A stretch of 64,000 nt of DNA from an uncultured Alphaproteobacteria bacterium (GCA_963716835.1 CAVQUQ010000013.1:129490-193489), one strand, 5' to 3'. Positions 50,482 to 60,216 are shown, counted from the first letter of the stretch. A program made the numbers and translations. Notes: a model not told the origin generated them from the letters alone.

Positions 50482-50898
50482 ATGGAAAACCCGGAAGAAC
50501 GCCCCCTGGTGGTCGTCATCGAGAACGAGCGGAGGCTGGCGGAGGCCCTGCGGTTCCTGATCGAAGACTGGGGCTATCTCTGCGTTGCCGCCCCGTCGTC
50601 GAAGGCGCTGGCACGCGCGCTGGGTCCGGACATCCTCAATGTCAAAGCGCTGATCGTCGATTTCTTTCTCGACGACGGCTTTACCGGCGACAAGGCCGTG
50701 ACCGCGCTCATGAGTGCGATCGGATCGAAGGTGCCGACCATTATCACAACGGCCCATATGGCGCTCGCGGATCGCCAGGCGGGGTATCCCGTGCTTCCCA
50801 AGCCGTTCGATCCCGACGTGCTGAGACACTGGCTCAAGGACAACATCGGCCGGGATGTCGCCCGGCCGCTCGCCCAGAGCGTGATTGCCTTTGATTGA
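50482..50898 (+). CDS. Single-domain response regulator (receiver)
   Basis: LVVVIENE, LIVDFFL, IITTA and LPKPF. Confidence 0.82.
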   Translation: MENPEERPLVVVIENERRLAEALRFLIEDWGYLCVAAPSSKALARALGPDILNVKALIVDFFLDDGFTGDKAVTALMSAIGSKVPTIITTAHMALADRQAGYPVLPKPFDPDVLRHWLKDNIGRDVARPLAQSVIAFD

Positions 50899-50975
50899 AC
50901 TTAGATCACGCTGCGGGTCTTTGATGAGACCGATGATTCACGCTTCGGACTGATGGGGTCCGAAGCGATCATGGT

Positions 50976-51659
50976 CTAGCTCACGCGATCGAGAGCATGA
51001 ACCCGCGCCGCGAGCTCGGTGCGATTGCGGGCGCCGAAGTGGGCGAACAGCGCCGCGAGGTGAATCTTCACCGTCCCTTCCGCGATGTCGAGCTCGTGCG
51101 CGATCTGCTTGTTGGAAAGCCCGCGCGTCAGGCTGGCGAGAACATCGCGTTGTCGCGGCGTGAGCTTGTCGAGCGTGGCTTGGGACTTCGACGCGCCGGC
51201 TGCCGGCGAGGGCTGCTGCGCCGTCTTGATTTCAGCCGTAGCTGAGACGAAGCGCGGGACGTAGATGCGGTCCTCGAGGATGGTGCGGAGCGCGGCGGTG
51301 ATCTCGTTCTCGGACATGTTCTTCGGTATGAAGCCGGCGAGCCCCGTCGCGACGGTGCGAATGACGTCGTCGCGGCTCTCGGAGCCGGATACGATCGCAA
51401 CCCTCAGTGCGGGATAGGTCTGGCGGACGACCGCCAGGCTTTCGGGACCTCCCATGCCGGGCATCGAAAGATCGAAGAGGGCCAAGCGGATCTCCGGCCT
51501 CTCCGATAGCCTGTCCAAAGCCTCGTCGAAGCTTGCGACCTCGATGACCTCTTCGATGCCGAGGCTGTCGCGCAGCAGCAGGCCGAGGCCCATCCTGTAG
51601 AGACTGTGATCGTCGGCAATGAGAGCCGTGCACTTGCTGTCGGTGGATTTCTTGGTCAT
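50976..51659 (-). CDS. NarL/LuxR-family response regulator
   Basis: LIADDH, LFDLSMPG and LTPRQRDVL...GLSNKQIAHELDIAEGTVKIH. Confidence 0.93.
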   Translation of the reverse strand: MTKKSTDSKCTALIADDHSLYRMGLGLLLRDSLGIEEVIEVASFDEALDRLSERPEIRLALFDLSMPGMGGPESLAVVRQTYPALRVAIVSGSESRDDVIRTVATGLAGFIPKNMSENEITAALRTILEDRIYVPRFVSATAEIKTAQQPSPAAGASKSQATLDKLTPRQRDVLASLTRGLSNKQIAHELDIAEGTVKIHLAALFAHFGARNRTELAARVHALDRVS

Positions 51660-51667
51660 GGGCGTGA

Positions 51668-54031
51668 TCATCCGGATGCTTGCTTCAAAAAAATCGGCGG
51701 GCTGCTCGGGGCTGCGCACGCGCAGAGATCGAAGATCGCGGCGGCGATGGCATCAGGATCGGCGGGCTTGGTCAGCCAGGCCACGCCGGATGCTGCGAGC
51801 TCCTTCAGGGTCTCCCTGTCGGTTGCGCCCGAGAGGACGAGAAAGGGTAGCGGACGGCCGAGACACCCGGCGAGACGGCGTGCGGCCGCGTGCCCGCGCT
51901 CTGCGCAGCGCAGATCGAAATCGACAACGGCCGCGTCGGGGCGGAAACCATCGGCGATCGCTTTTTCAGCCGCCGGTATGGAAACAAAGCCGCGCGCTAC
52001 GGCGCCGCGATCCTCGAGCTCGCGTGTGAGTGCCGCGACAATTGTCGCCTCGTCGTCGAGGACGAGAATCCTCCGGCTTGCCAAATCGGTCGGCGCACGC
52101 GGTTGCTCTTTGTCCGGCGTCCGTGCGCTCGCCGATACTCGCGATTCGGGGATTGTGATCGAGAACCGGGTGCCGTGGCCGACGCGCGAGCGGAGGGCGA
52201 CGCGCACGCCGAGCAGGCCCGCGTAGCGGCGGACGATCGATAGACCGAGGCCAAGTCCCTCGTTCGGACCGACGGCCTGATCCTGCGAGCGCTCGAACTC
52301 GCGAAAGACGCGGTCGTGCTTCTCCTTCGGAATACCGGGGCCTGTGTCGTAAATTTCAATCGCGACGCCGCCCGCGCGGCGCCTCGCGGCAAGCAGCACG
52401 CCGCCGTTGTGCGTGAATTTCAGCGCGTTCGACACGAGATTGCGCAGAATTGTTTCGAGGATGACCGGGTCGGAAAACACGACGACATCCACGCTTCGGC
52501 TGGCGTAGCGGAGGCCGCGGTGCTCGGCGTCGGCCTTGAAGCCAATCGAGAGCCGGTCGATGAGGCTCCGCAGCGAGATCGGGCACGTTTCTGCCCTGAT
52601 CAGGCCGGCGTCGAGGCGCGAGACGTTGAGGAGGGCGTCGAACATCTCGCGCAGCGAGGAGAGGCATTCCTCGAGCTGCGACAGGAGGCGGGTTGCCTCC
52701 GGCCCCGAAATACGTCTCGAAAGGGCCCGGCTGAAAAGCGTCATTGCGTGCAGCGGCTGGCGCAAGTCATGGCTGGCTGCGGCCAGAAACAGCGACTTCG
52801 CCTCTGTTGCCTGCTCGGCCTCGACCTTTGCGGCTTCGAGCGCCGCGTTCTGCTCGGCGAGGCGGCGCGTGCGCTCCGAAATCTGGTCTTCGAGGGAGGC
52901 ATTGAGGTCAGCCAGCGCCATCTGGCGCTGCCGCAGCTCGGAGACGAGAACGCGCAAGGATTGCGCGAGCGTTTCCGCCTCGGCGTAGGCGCTCACCTCC
53001 GGTATCTCCGTGGCGCGCCCGTCGCGAATCTTCTCGGCCGCGGCTGCGAGCGTGAGCATCGGAGCCGCCATTCTGCCCGCCAGTATCCAGGCCGCGGCCG
53101 AGGCAAGGCCGACCAGGAGCAGCCCCCATAGGATGATGTCGCGCGACAATTTCGACACCGGCGCGAGTGCGATGGCGGCATCAGCGCGCACGAGAACGAT
53201 CCATCCCAAGCCGGGGAACGACCGGTGGCCATCACTCTTTGAATATCCGGTCAGATAGCGATGGCCGTCCGGCCAGTCCTCGACCGCAAAGCGATTGGCA
53301 CCTCTCTTTGCGCTCTCGACGCTTCCGACCTTGAGCATTTTGCCTTCAAGCGCGGGTGGTCCGAACAGCACGATGCCGTCGCGATCGAGAACGAGAGCTT
53401 CCGCCGATCCATAGGGCGCCGTGGTCCCGAACAAAGAGTCACGTACCTCCTGGGCCCAGGTCCAGCTCAGCTGTGCCGCAAGCACGGCGATCGTTCTTCC
53501 GTCCGGCGTGACGATCGGCGCGGCGATGTCGACGAAGCGCAGAGGTTGTGTGTTTTCCGAGCGGAGGTGATCGGCAAGCATCTTCTCGGAATGGACGTCG
53601 CCGACGAGGGGATGGTCGAGCGCCGCTTTGAACCAAGCACGGTCGGAAAAGTCGGTACTTGTGAGCAATCCGCCTGTCGAGGTCAGAACATGGCCGTCGT
53701 CGGCGACGACGCCGAGCCAGGCGTACTCGGGATAGGCCGACTGAATTGTGTTGAGCCACTCCGTGCGCGCGCTGAGCTCACTTGTCGCTTGGCTCTGCTG
53801 GCCGAGCAGGGCTGCCAGGTTGGATATCTCGCGAGAGCGCTCGTAGAGTGCGCGGTCGAGCTTGTCCTGCATCTGGTCGGCGAGCAGCGCAAGCGCGCTG
53901 CCGATCTCGCGGCGAACACGATGCACGGCGGTTTCGCCGATTGCCAGCGTGGATGCAACGACGAGAGCGCCCGCGAGCACGGCGATGGCCGTAGCGAGGA
54001 CCGCTCTGAGCTGTAGGCTTCTTCTCGCCAA
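51668..54031 (-). CDS. Hybrid sensor histidine kinase (Cache-HAMP-HisKA-HATPase-REC)
   Basis: Two TMs around a periplasmic domain (FSDRAWF), ASHDLRQPL, NALKFT, DTGPGI, GLGLGL and a C-terminal receiver. Confidence 0.93.
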   Translation of the reverse strand: MARRSLQLRAVLATAIAVLAGALVVASTLAIGETAVHRVRREIGSALALLADQMQDKLDRALYERSREISNLAALLGQQSQATSELSARTEWLNTIQSAYPEYAWLGVVADDGHVLTSTGGLLTSTDFSDRAWFKAALDHPLVGDVHSEKMLADHLRSENTQPLRFVDIAAPIVTPDGRTIAVLAAQLSWTWAQEVRDSLFGTTAPYGSAEALVLDRDGIVLFGPPALEGKMLKVGSVESAKRGANRFAVEDWPDGHRYLTGYSKSDGHRSFPGLGWIVLVRADAAIALAPVSKLSRDIILWGLLLVGLASAAAWILAGRMAAPMLTLAAAAEKIRDGRATEIPEVSAYAEAETLAQSLRVLVSELRQRQMALADLNASLEDQISERTRRLAEQNAALEAAKVEAEQATEAKSLFLAAASHDLRQPLHAMTLFSRALSRRISGPEATRLLSQLEECLSSLREMFDALLNVSRLDAGLIRAETCPISLRSLIDRLSIGFKADAEHRGLRYASRSVDVVVFSDPVILETILRNLVSNALKFTHNGGVLLAARRRAGGVAIEIYDTGPGIPKEKHDRVFREFERSQDQAVGPNEGLGLGLSIVRRYAGLLGVRVALRSRVGHGTRFSITIPESRVSASARTPDKEQPRAPTDLASRRILVLDDEATIVAALTRELEDRGAVARGFVSIPAAEKAIADGFRPDAAVVDFDLRCAERGHAAARRLAGCLGRPLPFLVLSGATDRETLKELAASGVAWLTKPADPDAIAAAIFDLCACAAPSSPPIFLKQASG

Positions 54032-54281
54032 CTCCCCACCCCCAACAACGGGCGCGACCTGCGAGACCGCTGCGTTCGAAATTCGCGGGCCCGACAGTTA
54101 TCATCTCGGCGTGCAATTGTGGCTTTTGGAGATGGCGCGACTATACGAATCCGTAAGTTATCGTCTCCGGAGAACATCGTTTGTTAAGAGGACAGCGTTT
54201 CGCAAATGGCGTGTGAGCGCGGGGTGCGTGACAGCTCCGCGTGCGCGCCGGGACGGTCGGCGCGCCAGCGGAAGCCGCGCA

Positions 54282-54704
54282 TCAGCCGTAGAGGCAGTCG
54301 CGATAGCGATGCCACCAGTAGGGGCTGCCAGTCTCGCGCGCTTTCACGCGATAGTAGCCGCAGCCGCCGCCGTAGTCATAGCCGTAGTCGTCATAGTAAG
54401 GGTAGCCGGCAAACCCCACGAAGAAGTGGTTGTGATGATGGTGGTCATGATCGTGATCATGCGCCACGTGCATATGATCGTGTGCCATGTGCATGTGGCC
54501 GGGGTTTCCCATTCCCATATGCACGGGTCCGGGGTGCGCCATGCCGGCGTGCGCGAAACTCCCCATGCCCGTGTGCATGCCGCCGCCCATGTGCATGCCC
54601 CCGCCGCCAACCATGCCAACATGCGCGCTGGCCGCCCCGGCAACAGCCGCCAGCAGCAAGGCACCGGCAAAGCCGGCTGAAGCCCGTTTCAATGCAAGAT
54701 TCAT
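54282..54704 (-). CDS. Secreted Gly/Met/His-rich protein with a C-terminal C...TGSPYWWHRY..C motif
   Basis: Signal peptide ASA-H, GAGGAG RBS, HDHDHDHHHHNH tract and Tyr-rich segment. Confidence 0.75.
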   Translation of the reverse strand: MNLALKRASAGFAGALLLAAVAGAASAHVGMVGGGGMHMGGGMHTGMGSFAHAGMAHPGPVHMGMGNPGHMHMAHDHMHVAHDHDHDHHHHNHFFVGFAGYPYYDDYGYDYGGGCGYYRVKARETGSPYWWHRYRDCLYG

Positions 54705-54838
54705 GATTTGGCTCCTCTGCAAATCGATCTCAGATCTTCCCGCGGCGTGGGCACGCCAATGATCTGGAGACGAATGCAGAGGGGCATAATTAGGCCGATT
54801 GCCTTAGGCCGCGTTTCCGTGCCAAGCCACTTCAAAAA

Positions 54839-55087
54839 CTACCAGCAGCGGCGGAAGCACCTGCGACCGCACCGGCGGTCCCACCAAGGTCCCCAACAGC
54901 GCCGATTGCAAACACGCCTGCATCCGGCTTCCGTCACTAGCGAGGTCGCGGACGACGAGAGCGCATGGAGTGTCGCCCCAGAAATGGGTGCCGCCTGCCC
55001 CGGCGTGGTGCCGACGGATGTTGCGACGATGAAGGCCAGGAGTGCCGCACCCGCGAGCGTGCTCGAATAGGCGAATATTCGTTTCAT
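54839..55087 (-). CDS. Secreted precursor of a Cys/Arg/Trp-rich peptide
   Basis: GAGGAG RBS; MKRIF signal peptide, AAP...LVTEA spacer, core GCRRVCNRRCWGPWWDRRCGRRCFRRCW. Confidence 0.75.
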   Translation of the reverse strand: MKRIFAYSSTLAGAALLAFIVATSVGTTPGQAAPISGATLHALSSSATSLVTEAGCRRVCNRRCWGPWWDRRCGRRCFRRCW

Positions 55088-55399
55088 TTCCTCGCTCCTC
55101 TTTGAAACAACCAACGGCTCTGCCGGTTCGAAGGCAGAGTTAACGACGGAAGCTCGGGCCGGCGACGCGTGCGCGCTCAGCCGGCGGCAGGCAAAAGAGT
55201 TTTGCTTTTTCGCCCAAAAAGTGATCGAGCGATCTTCGTCAAATGCTCGAAGGCTCTTGGAAGCCCTCGGCTGCGAGCGCCTTATTTTGCGATGGCGGGA
55301 GAGCAGAAAAGCGCCTCCCAATCGCTGCCGGCGAGCACTTATTGGCGATGAATCTTGCAGCCGTCACGCAGACACTATCCGCGCCCGTTCAAGTTACCA

Positions 55400-55417
55400 G
55401 TCCCCCGTTCGGGGGAC
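55400..55417. promoter_or_regulatory. 7-4-7 palindrome GTCCCCC-N4-GGGGGAC, copy 2
   Basis: GTCCCCC-GTTC-GGGGGAC, 97 bp upstream of the ATG at 55514. Confidence 0.5.
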
Positions 55418-55513
55418 AGACTTTGGCGAGACGGACATGAGCCGCGGTCTCTATAGTGCGCGTCGACGGGGGACACTTGGTGAGAAATTCTCATTCACTA
55501 GGGAGTCCAAAAA

Positions 55514-55834
55514 ATGAAGTATCTCGTAACAACTGCCGTCGCAGCTTTTTCGATCGCTGCCGTATCCGGTCCCGCCACAGCCGAAGATGCTGCTCCCGCC
55601 ACAAAGGGTCCGCCCGTAACGATGGGCGATCAGGGCAAGCTCCCGGCGACGGGAACGATTTCGGACAAAGTTCCGGAGATGGGGGCCACCACGGCGGCTC
55701 CGCCAACAACCACCGGCTCGATCTCGCCTAAGGGTCCCGAGCAGACGATGGGAGACGAGGGCAAGCTCCCGGCGACAGGCACGATGGGTGGTGCGGTACC
55801 GCAAATGAACGCACCGGACCCGACGAAGAAATAG
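55514..55834 (+). CDS. Small secreted protein with two internal repeats of about 26 aa
   Basis: Signal peptide ATA-E; KGPPVTMGDQGKLPATGTISDKVPEM / KGPEQTMGDEGKLPATGTMGGAVPQM. Confidence 0.75.
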   Translation: MKYLVTTAVAAFSIAAVSGPATAEDAAPATKGPPVTMGDQGKLPATGTISDKVPEMGATTAAPPTTTGSISPKGPEQTMGDEGKLPATGTMGGAVPQMNAPDPTKK

Positions 55835-55965
55835 GAAATCCGCGTGTGCGAGATTTTCTGCGAACGCGAATGCGAGCGAGATCCGGAGGGGACGCTCCGT
55901 CATGGAGAGTCCCCTCCGGAGATCTCGCTGCTGGGCGCTCCAAATTCAACTCGTGAGGGCGTGAC

Positions 55966-56526
55966 ATGGCCAACACCTCAATTCTCGCAAGCTCGGAAGC
56001 GTCAGGCACAAGCTGGTGGGGCGCGCTGCTGCTAGGCGTCTTTCTCGTTCTCGCCGGGCTCTTCGTGCTCGGCGACGTTGCGCTCGCCACGGTCATCAGC
56101 GCGATCCTGTTCGGCGTCGTGCTGTTGATTGCCGGGGCGGCAGAGATCTTTCAGGCGTTCTCGGCGCCGCACTGGCGAGGCTTTCTGTTCAGACTTCTCA
56201 TCGGCGGGCTCTATGCCGTCTGCGGGCTGATGCTCGTCATGGACCCGCTCGGATCATCCATCATCCTGACCCTCATCTTCGGCGTGGCCCTGGTCGCGTC
56301 CGGTGTGGTGCGCATCTTCCAGGCTGTTCAGTACTGGCAATGGTTCGGCGTGCTGCTGCTTGTCTCCGGCCTCGTCGGCATCCTGGCGGGCCTCGTAATC
56401 CTCGCCAAGTGGCCGATCAGCGGTCTGTGGGTCATCGGTCTCGTGGTCGGGGTGGATCTTCTTACGCATGGCGTCTGGTGGATCGTGCTCGGCTGGCGCC
56501 TGCGCGAAGAGCAGCGGGTCGTCTAG
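55966..56526 (+). CDS. HdeD/DUF308 family membrane protein
   Basis: Six hydrophobic helices; WPISGLWVIGLVVGVDL. Confidence 0.85.
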   Translation: MANTSILASSEASGTSWWGALLLGVFLVLAGLFVLGDVALATVISAILFGVVLLIAGAAEIFQAFSAPHWRGFLFRLLIGGLYAVCGLMLVMDPLGSSIILTLIFGVALVASGVVRIFQAVQYWQWFGVLLLVSGLVGILAGLVILAKWPISGLWVIGLVVGVDLLTHGVWWIVLGWRLREEQRVV

Positions 56527-56602
56527 GCGTGGCATGCCGTCACAGCGGCCCCCGGCGCCGGCGTGCGCGGCGTGATGAGAATTTCCTGCAACGGGAGGCG
56601 CT

Positions 56603-57656
56603 ATGCCGACCGCAAGTCTCGACGCGCGCAAGAAGTCCGATCGTGAGCCGCGTCTGATCGATCTCGCCCTGCAAGGGGGCGGGTCCCACGGTGCGTTTAC
56701 GTGGGGTGTGCTGGACCGGCTCCTTGAAGAGAGCCGTCTCAAGATCGATGCCATCTCCGGGACGTCGGCCGGCGCCATGAATGCCGCAGTACTAGCCGAT
56801 GGCTGGACGGAGGGAGGCGCGTCGGGAGCGCGCGCGGCGCTCGATGCCTATTGGGAGCGAGTGGCCAAGGCCGCCGTCTTCAGCCCGCTGCAGCGCTCGC
56901 TTCTCGACCGACTGCTCGGGCGTTGGACGCTCGATTATTCGCCGGCCTACATCACACTCGACCTCATGTCGCGCCTCTTTTCGCCCTACGACCTCAATCC
57001 GCAGGGCGTCAATCCACTGACCAGCATCCTTGATGAGAGCATCGATTTCGAGCGGTTGGCGCGCTCCCCGATCAAGCTGTTCGTCACGGCGACCAACGTC
57101 CACACCGGCCGCGGCCGCATTTTCCGAAATGCGGAACTGACATCCGACGTTCTTTTGGCCTCCGCCTGCCTGCCGACGATGTTCCAGGCGATCGAGATCG
57201 ACGGCGAGCCCTATTGGGATGGCGGGTTCGCCGGCAACCCGACGATTACGCCGCTCGTGCGGGAAAGCGATGCGCAGGATTCGATACTCGTGCAGATCAA
57301 CCCCCGCGAGCGTCCCGGAACGCCGCGAACGGCCGCCGAGATCCTCAATCGCCTGAATGAGGTCTCTTTCAACGCAGCGCTGATGAAGGAGCTGCGCATG
57401 ATCGCGCTGATGCGCCAGGTGGCCGACCCCGGAACGGGAGAGGGCGCGCGCTGGGCGGGGATGCGCACACACGTCATCAGGAGCGAGATGTTGATCGATC
57501 TCGGCGCGTCATCGAAGCTCAACGCCGAGCGGGATTTTCTAACGATGCTGCGCGAGGAGGGGCGCCGGGCGGCCAGCGAATTCCTCGACGCACACGGCGA
57601 CGACATCGGTCAGCGATCGACGGCCGATCATCGACGTGCTGCTCGAGGAGTGCTGA
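56603..57656 (+). CDS. Patatin-like phospholipase/esterase, frameshift near 57630
   Basis: LQGGGSHGAFTWG, GTSAG and YWDGG; the likely true end is ...IDVLLEEC* at 57656. Confidence 0.88.
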
Positions 57657-57659
57657 CAC

Positions 57660-59114
57660 ATGGGTCTGCTGGGCATCCTGGTCGCGCTCGGAGTGCTGGT
57701 CTGGCTCGCCTATCGCGGCTGGAGCGTTCTCTTGCTGGCGCCCGGGGCAGCGCTCATCGCGGCGGCGTTCTCTCGGGAGCCGCTTCTCGCGCACTGGACG
57801 CAGACATTCATGGGGAGCGCCGCGCAGTTCCTGTCGCAGTTCTTTCCGCTGTTCCTGCTCGGCGCGCTGTTCGGCAAGCTCATGGACGACAGCGGCTCGG
57901 TGCGCGCGATCTCGCGCTTCATGACGGAGAAGCTCGGTCCGCGCCACGCCATGCTGGCGGTCGTGCTCGCAGGCGCGATGGTGACCTACGGCGGGGTCAG
58001 CCTCTTCGTCGCCTTCTTCGTGCTGGCGCCGATGGCGCAGGAGCTTTTTCGCGCGGCCGACATTCCGCGCCGACTGATGCCGGCGGCCATCGCGCTCGGA
58101 ACCTCGACGTTCACGATGTCGGCGATGCCGGGGACTCCCTCGATCCAGAACGCGATCCCGATGCCGTTCTTCGGCACGACGCCGTTCGCCGCGCCGGGGC
58201 TCGGCATCATCGCTTCCGTCATCATGCTGGCGTTCGGCATGTGGTGGCTGCGTCGCGCCGAAGGGACGGCGCGGCGCGCGGGGGAAGGCTACGGTGACGG
58301 CGCGACAGGCAGTGCCGACGCCGTGGCCGAGGATCAGCTCATTCGCGAGCGGGCGACGACGGCGCGCGAGTTCGATCCCGCCGAGCTTCGCCATGGCCAT
58401 CCGAGCGAGAGCCTGCCGCCCGTCGGTCTCGCTGCGCTACCACTCGTGACTGTCGTGGCCGTCAATCTGCTCATGGCGCTCGTGGTGCTGCCGCGGCTCG
58501 ACTTCTCGTTCCTCTCGGAAGAGCAGTGGGGCTCGACGTCGTTCTCTGCCGTGGCAGGCGTCTGGTCGGTGGTTGTCGCTTTGGCCACGGCAACGTTGAT
58601 CCTCATTCTCACAAGCCGCCAGCGCCTGCCGGCGCTGCGCGAGAGCATGGACGCGGGTGCGAACGCCTCGGTTCTGCCGGCGCTCAGCGTCGCCAGCCTC
58701 GTGGGCTTTGGCGCGGTCGTTGCGGCGCTGCCGGCGTTCGACGCGGTGCGCGACTGGGTGCTGTCGATCGGCGGCGGGCCGCTCGTCTCGCTCACGGTCG
58801 CGACGAACGTGCTGGCCGCTCTCACGGGCTCGGCCTCGGGCGGCCTCACGATCGCGCTCGATACGCTCGGCGACACCTACATGCAGCTCGCCCGCGAGCA
58901 AGGCATCGATCCCGCGCTCCTGCATCGCGTGGCGGTGATCGGATCGGGAACGCTCGACAGCCTGCCGCACAACGGCGCCGTGGTGACGTTGCTCGCCGTG
59001 TGCGGCGTGACACATCGCGACGGCTATCGCGACCTCGTGGTGGTGGCGATTCTCGGAGCGATCATCGCGCTCGTGGCGGTGATCGTGCTGGGCTCGGCGT
59101 TCGGATCTTTCTGA
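57660..59114 (+). CDS. GntP-family permease (3-hydroxybutyrate permease-like)
   Basis: FLLGALFGKLM, TYGGVSLFV, PGTPSIQNAIP, TGSASGG and DSLPHNGAVVT. Confidence 0.87.
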   Translation: MGLLGILVALGVLVWLAYRGWSVLLLAPGAALIAAAFSREPLLAHWTQTFMGSAAQFLSQFFPLFLLGALFGKLMDDSGSVRAISRFMTEKLGPRHAMLAVVLAGAMVTYGGVSLFVAFFVLAPMAQELFRAADIPRRLMPAAIALGTSTFTMSAMPGTPSIQNAIPMPFFGTTPFAAPGLGIIASVIMLAFGMWWLRRAEGTARRAGEGYGDGATGSADAVAEDQLIRERATTAREFDPAELRHGHPSESLPPVGLAALPLVTVVAVNLLMALVVLPRLDFSFLSEEQWGSTSFSAVAGVWSVVVALATATLILILTSRQRLPALRESMDAGANASVLPALSVASLVGFGAVVAALPAFDAVRDWVLSIGGGPLVSLTVATNVLAALTGSASGGLTIALDTLGDTYMQLAREQGIDPALLHRVAVIGSGTLDSLPHNGAVVTLLAVCGVTHRDGYRDLVVVAILGAIIALVAVIVLGSAFGSF

Positions 59115-59133
59115 GGTCTGAGGAGGGTGATCG

Positions 59134-59647
59134 ATGACTGTCCTGGAGCCTCGATGAGCGCACCTTCTGGCGGGCAGCAATCGTCCGCGGTGCGATGTTT
59201 CTCGTCCTCTGGCTTGCTCTCACACTTGGCAATCCCGCCGATCTTCCGGTCGGCATGCTCACGGCAATCGCGGCGACGTGGACCAGTCTGCATCTTCTGC
59301 CGCCACGCGCGGTGCGGCGGTCGCTCCGCGCCTCAGCGACATACGCGTTGCGCTTCCTGCGCCAGTCGATCCTCGCCGGCGTCGACGTGGCTTGGCGCGC
59401 GCTCGATCCGCGCCTGCCGTTGCGCCCGGGCTTCATCACCTATCCATCACGACTACACGCTGGTGCGGGACGGAACGCATTCTGCACGGTCGCAAGCTTG
59501 CTGCCCGGCACGCTGCCGGTGGCGTCGGATCAAAGCGGCGCGCTCCTCATCCACTGCCTCGACATTGACCAGCCTGTGGCGGCGCAGCTGACCGAAGATG
59601 AGGGCCTGTTCAGCCGGGCCTTGGGAGAGGGACGAGACAATGGCTAG
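59134..59647 (+). CDS. mrpE: Mrp/Mnh antiporter subunit E (possible frameshift near the start)
   Basis: GVDVAWR...LRPGFITY, SLLPGTL and LLIHCLD. Confidence 0.8.
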
Positions 59648-59939
59648 CTTCTTGATTGCGGTCGCCGGTTTCGTGCTGGCGCTTCTTGCGCTCGGCTTGG
59701 TTTGCGTACTGCGCGGGCCGGCGGCGGCGGACCGCATGATGTCGGCGCAGCTTCTCGGCACCAGCGGCATCGCAGCGCTGCTGCTGCTTTCGGCGGCGAT
59801 CGACAGTTCGGCGATTGTGGATGTTGCGCTGACGCTTGCGCTGCTTGCCGCCTTCGCATCAATCGCGTTCGTGACGAGCTCCGATCGGTCGGAGTCGGAT
59901 CGGATGGAGGCAGGGGATGTGGATGAGCGTCGCGCGTGA
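59640..59939 (+). CDS. mrpF: Mrp/Mnh antiporter subunit F
   Basis: LRGPAAADRM and DVALTLALLA. Confidence 0.85.
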   Translation: MASFLIAVAGFVLALLALGLVCVLRGPAAADRMMSAQLLGTSGIAALLLLSAAIDSSAIVDVALTLALLAAFASIAFVTSSDRSESDRMEAGDVDERRA

Positions 59940-60216
59940 CGTCTTTACTATTCTCATGGTCACTGCCGGCGCCTTCTTCTTCCTCGCCGGCACGGTAGGG
60001 CTGCTGCGCTTCCCCGATACGCTGACGCGCCTGCATGCCGTGACGAAAGCGGACAATCTGGGCCTTGGGCTGATCGTGCTCGGCCTGCTGCCATGGGCGG
60101 ATGGCGCACTCGCTGCGCTCAAGCTGCTTTGTGTCTGGTTGCTGGTTCAGTTCGCCGGGGCAACGGTCGCCCAGCTCATTGGGCGTGCGGCGCGGCAGGG
60201 GGAATCGCAAGCATGA
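59917..60216 (+). CDS. mrpG: Mrp/Mnh antiporter subunit G
   Basis: GLLRFPD..TRLHAVTKADNLG. Confidence 0.87.
   Translation: MWMSVARDVFTILMVTAGAFFFLAGTVGLLRFPDTLTRLHAVTKADNLGLGLIVLGLLPWADGALAALKLLCVWLLVQFAGATVAQLIGRAARQGESQA

Noticed and set aside
54839-55087. Lanthipeptide/sactipeptide RiPP precursor
   Set aside because: The core has no Ser/Thr, no modifying enzyme or peptidase-ABC exporter is nearby, and a Sec signal implies disulfides instead.
55636-55785. LPATG motifs as sortase signals
   Set aside because: They are internal and repeated, not followed by a TM helix and basic tail; the host is Gram-negative and no sortase is nearby.
56603-58297. Apparent 564-aa patatin with a long C-terminal extension
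   Set aside because: The extension is out-of-frame read-through into the GntP gene caused by an indel near 57630.
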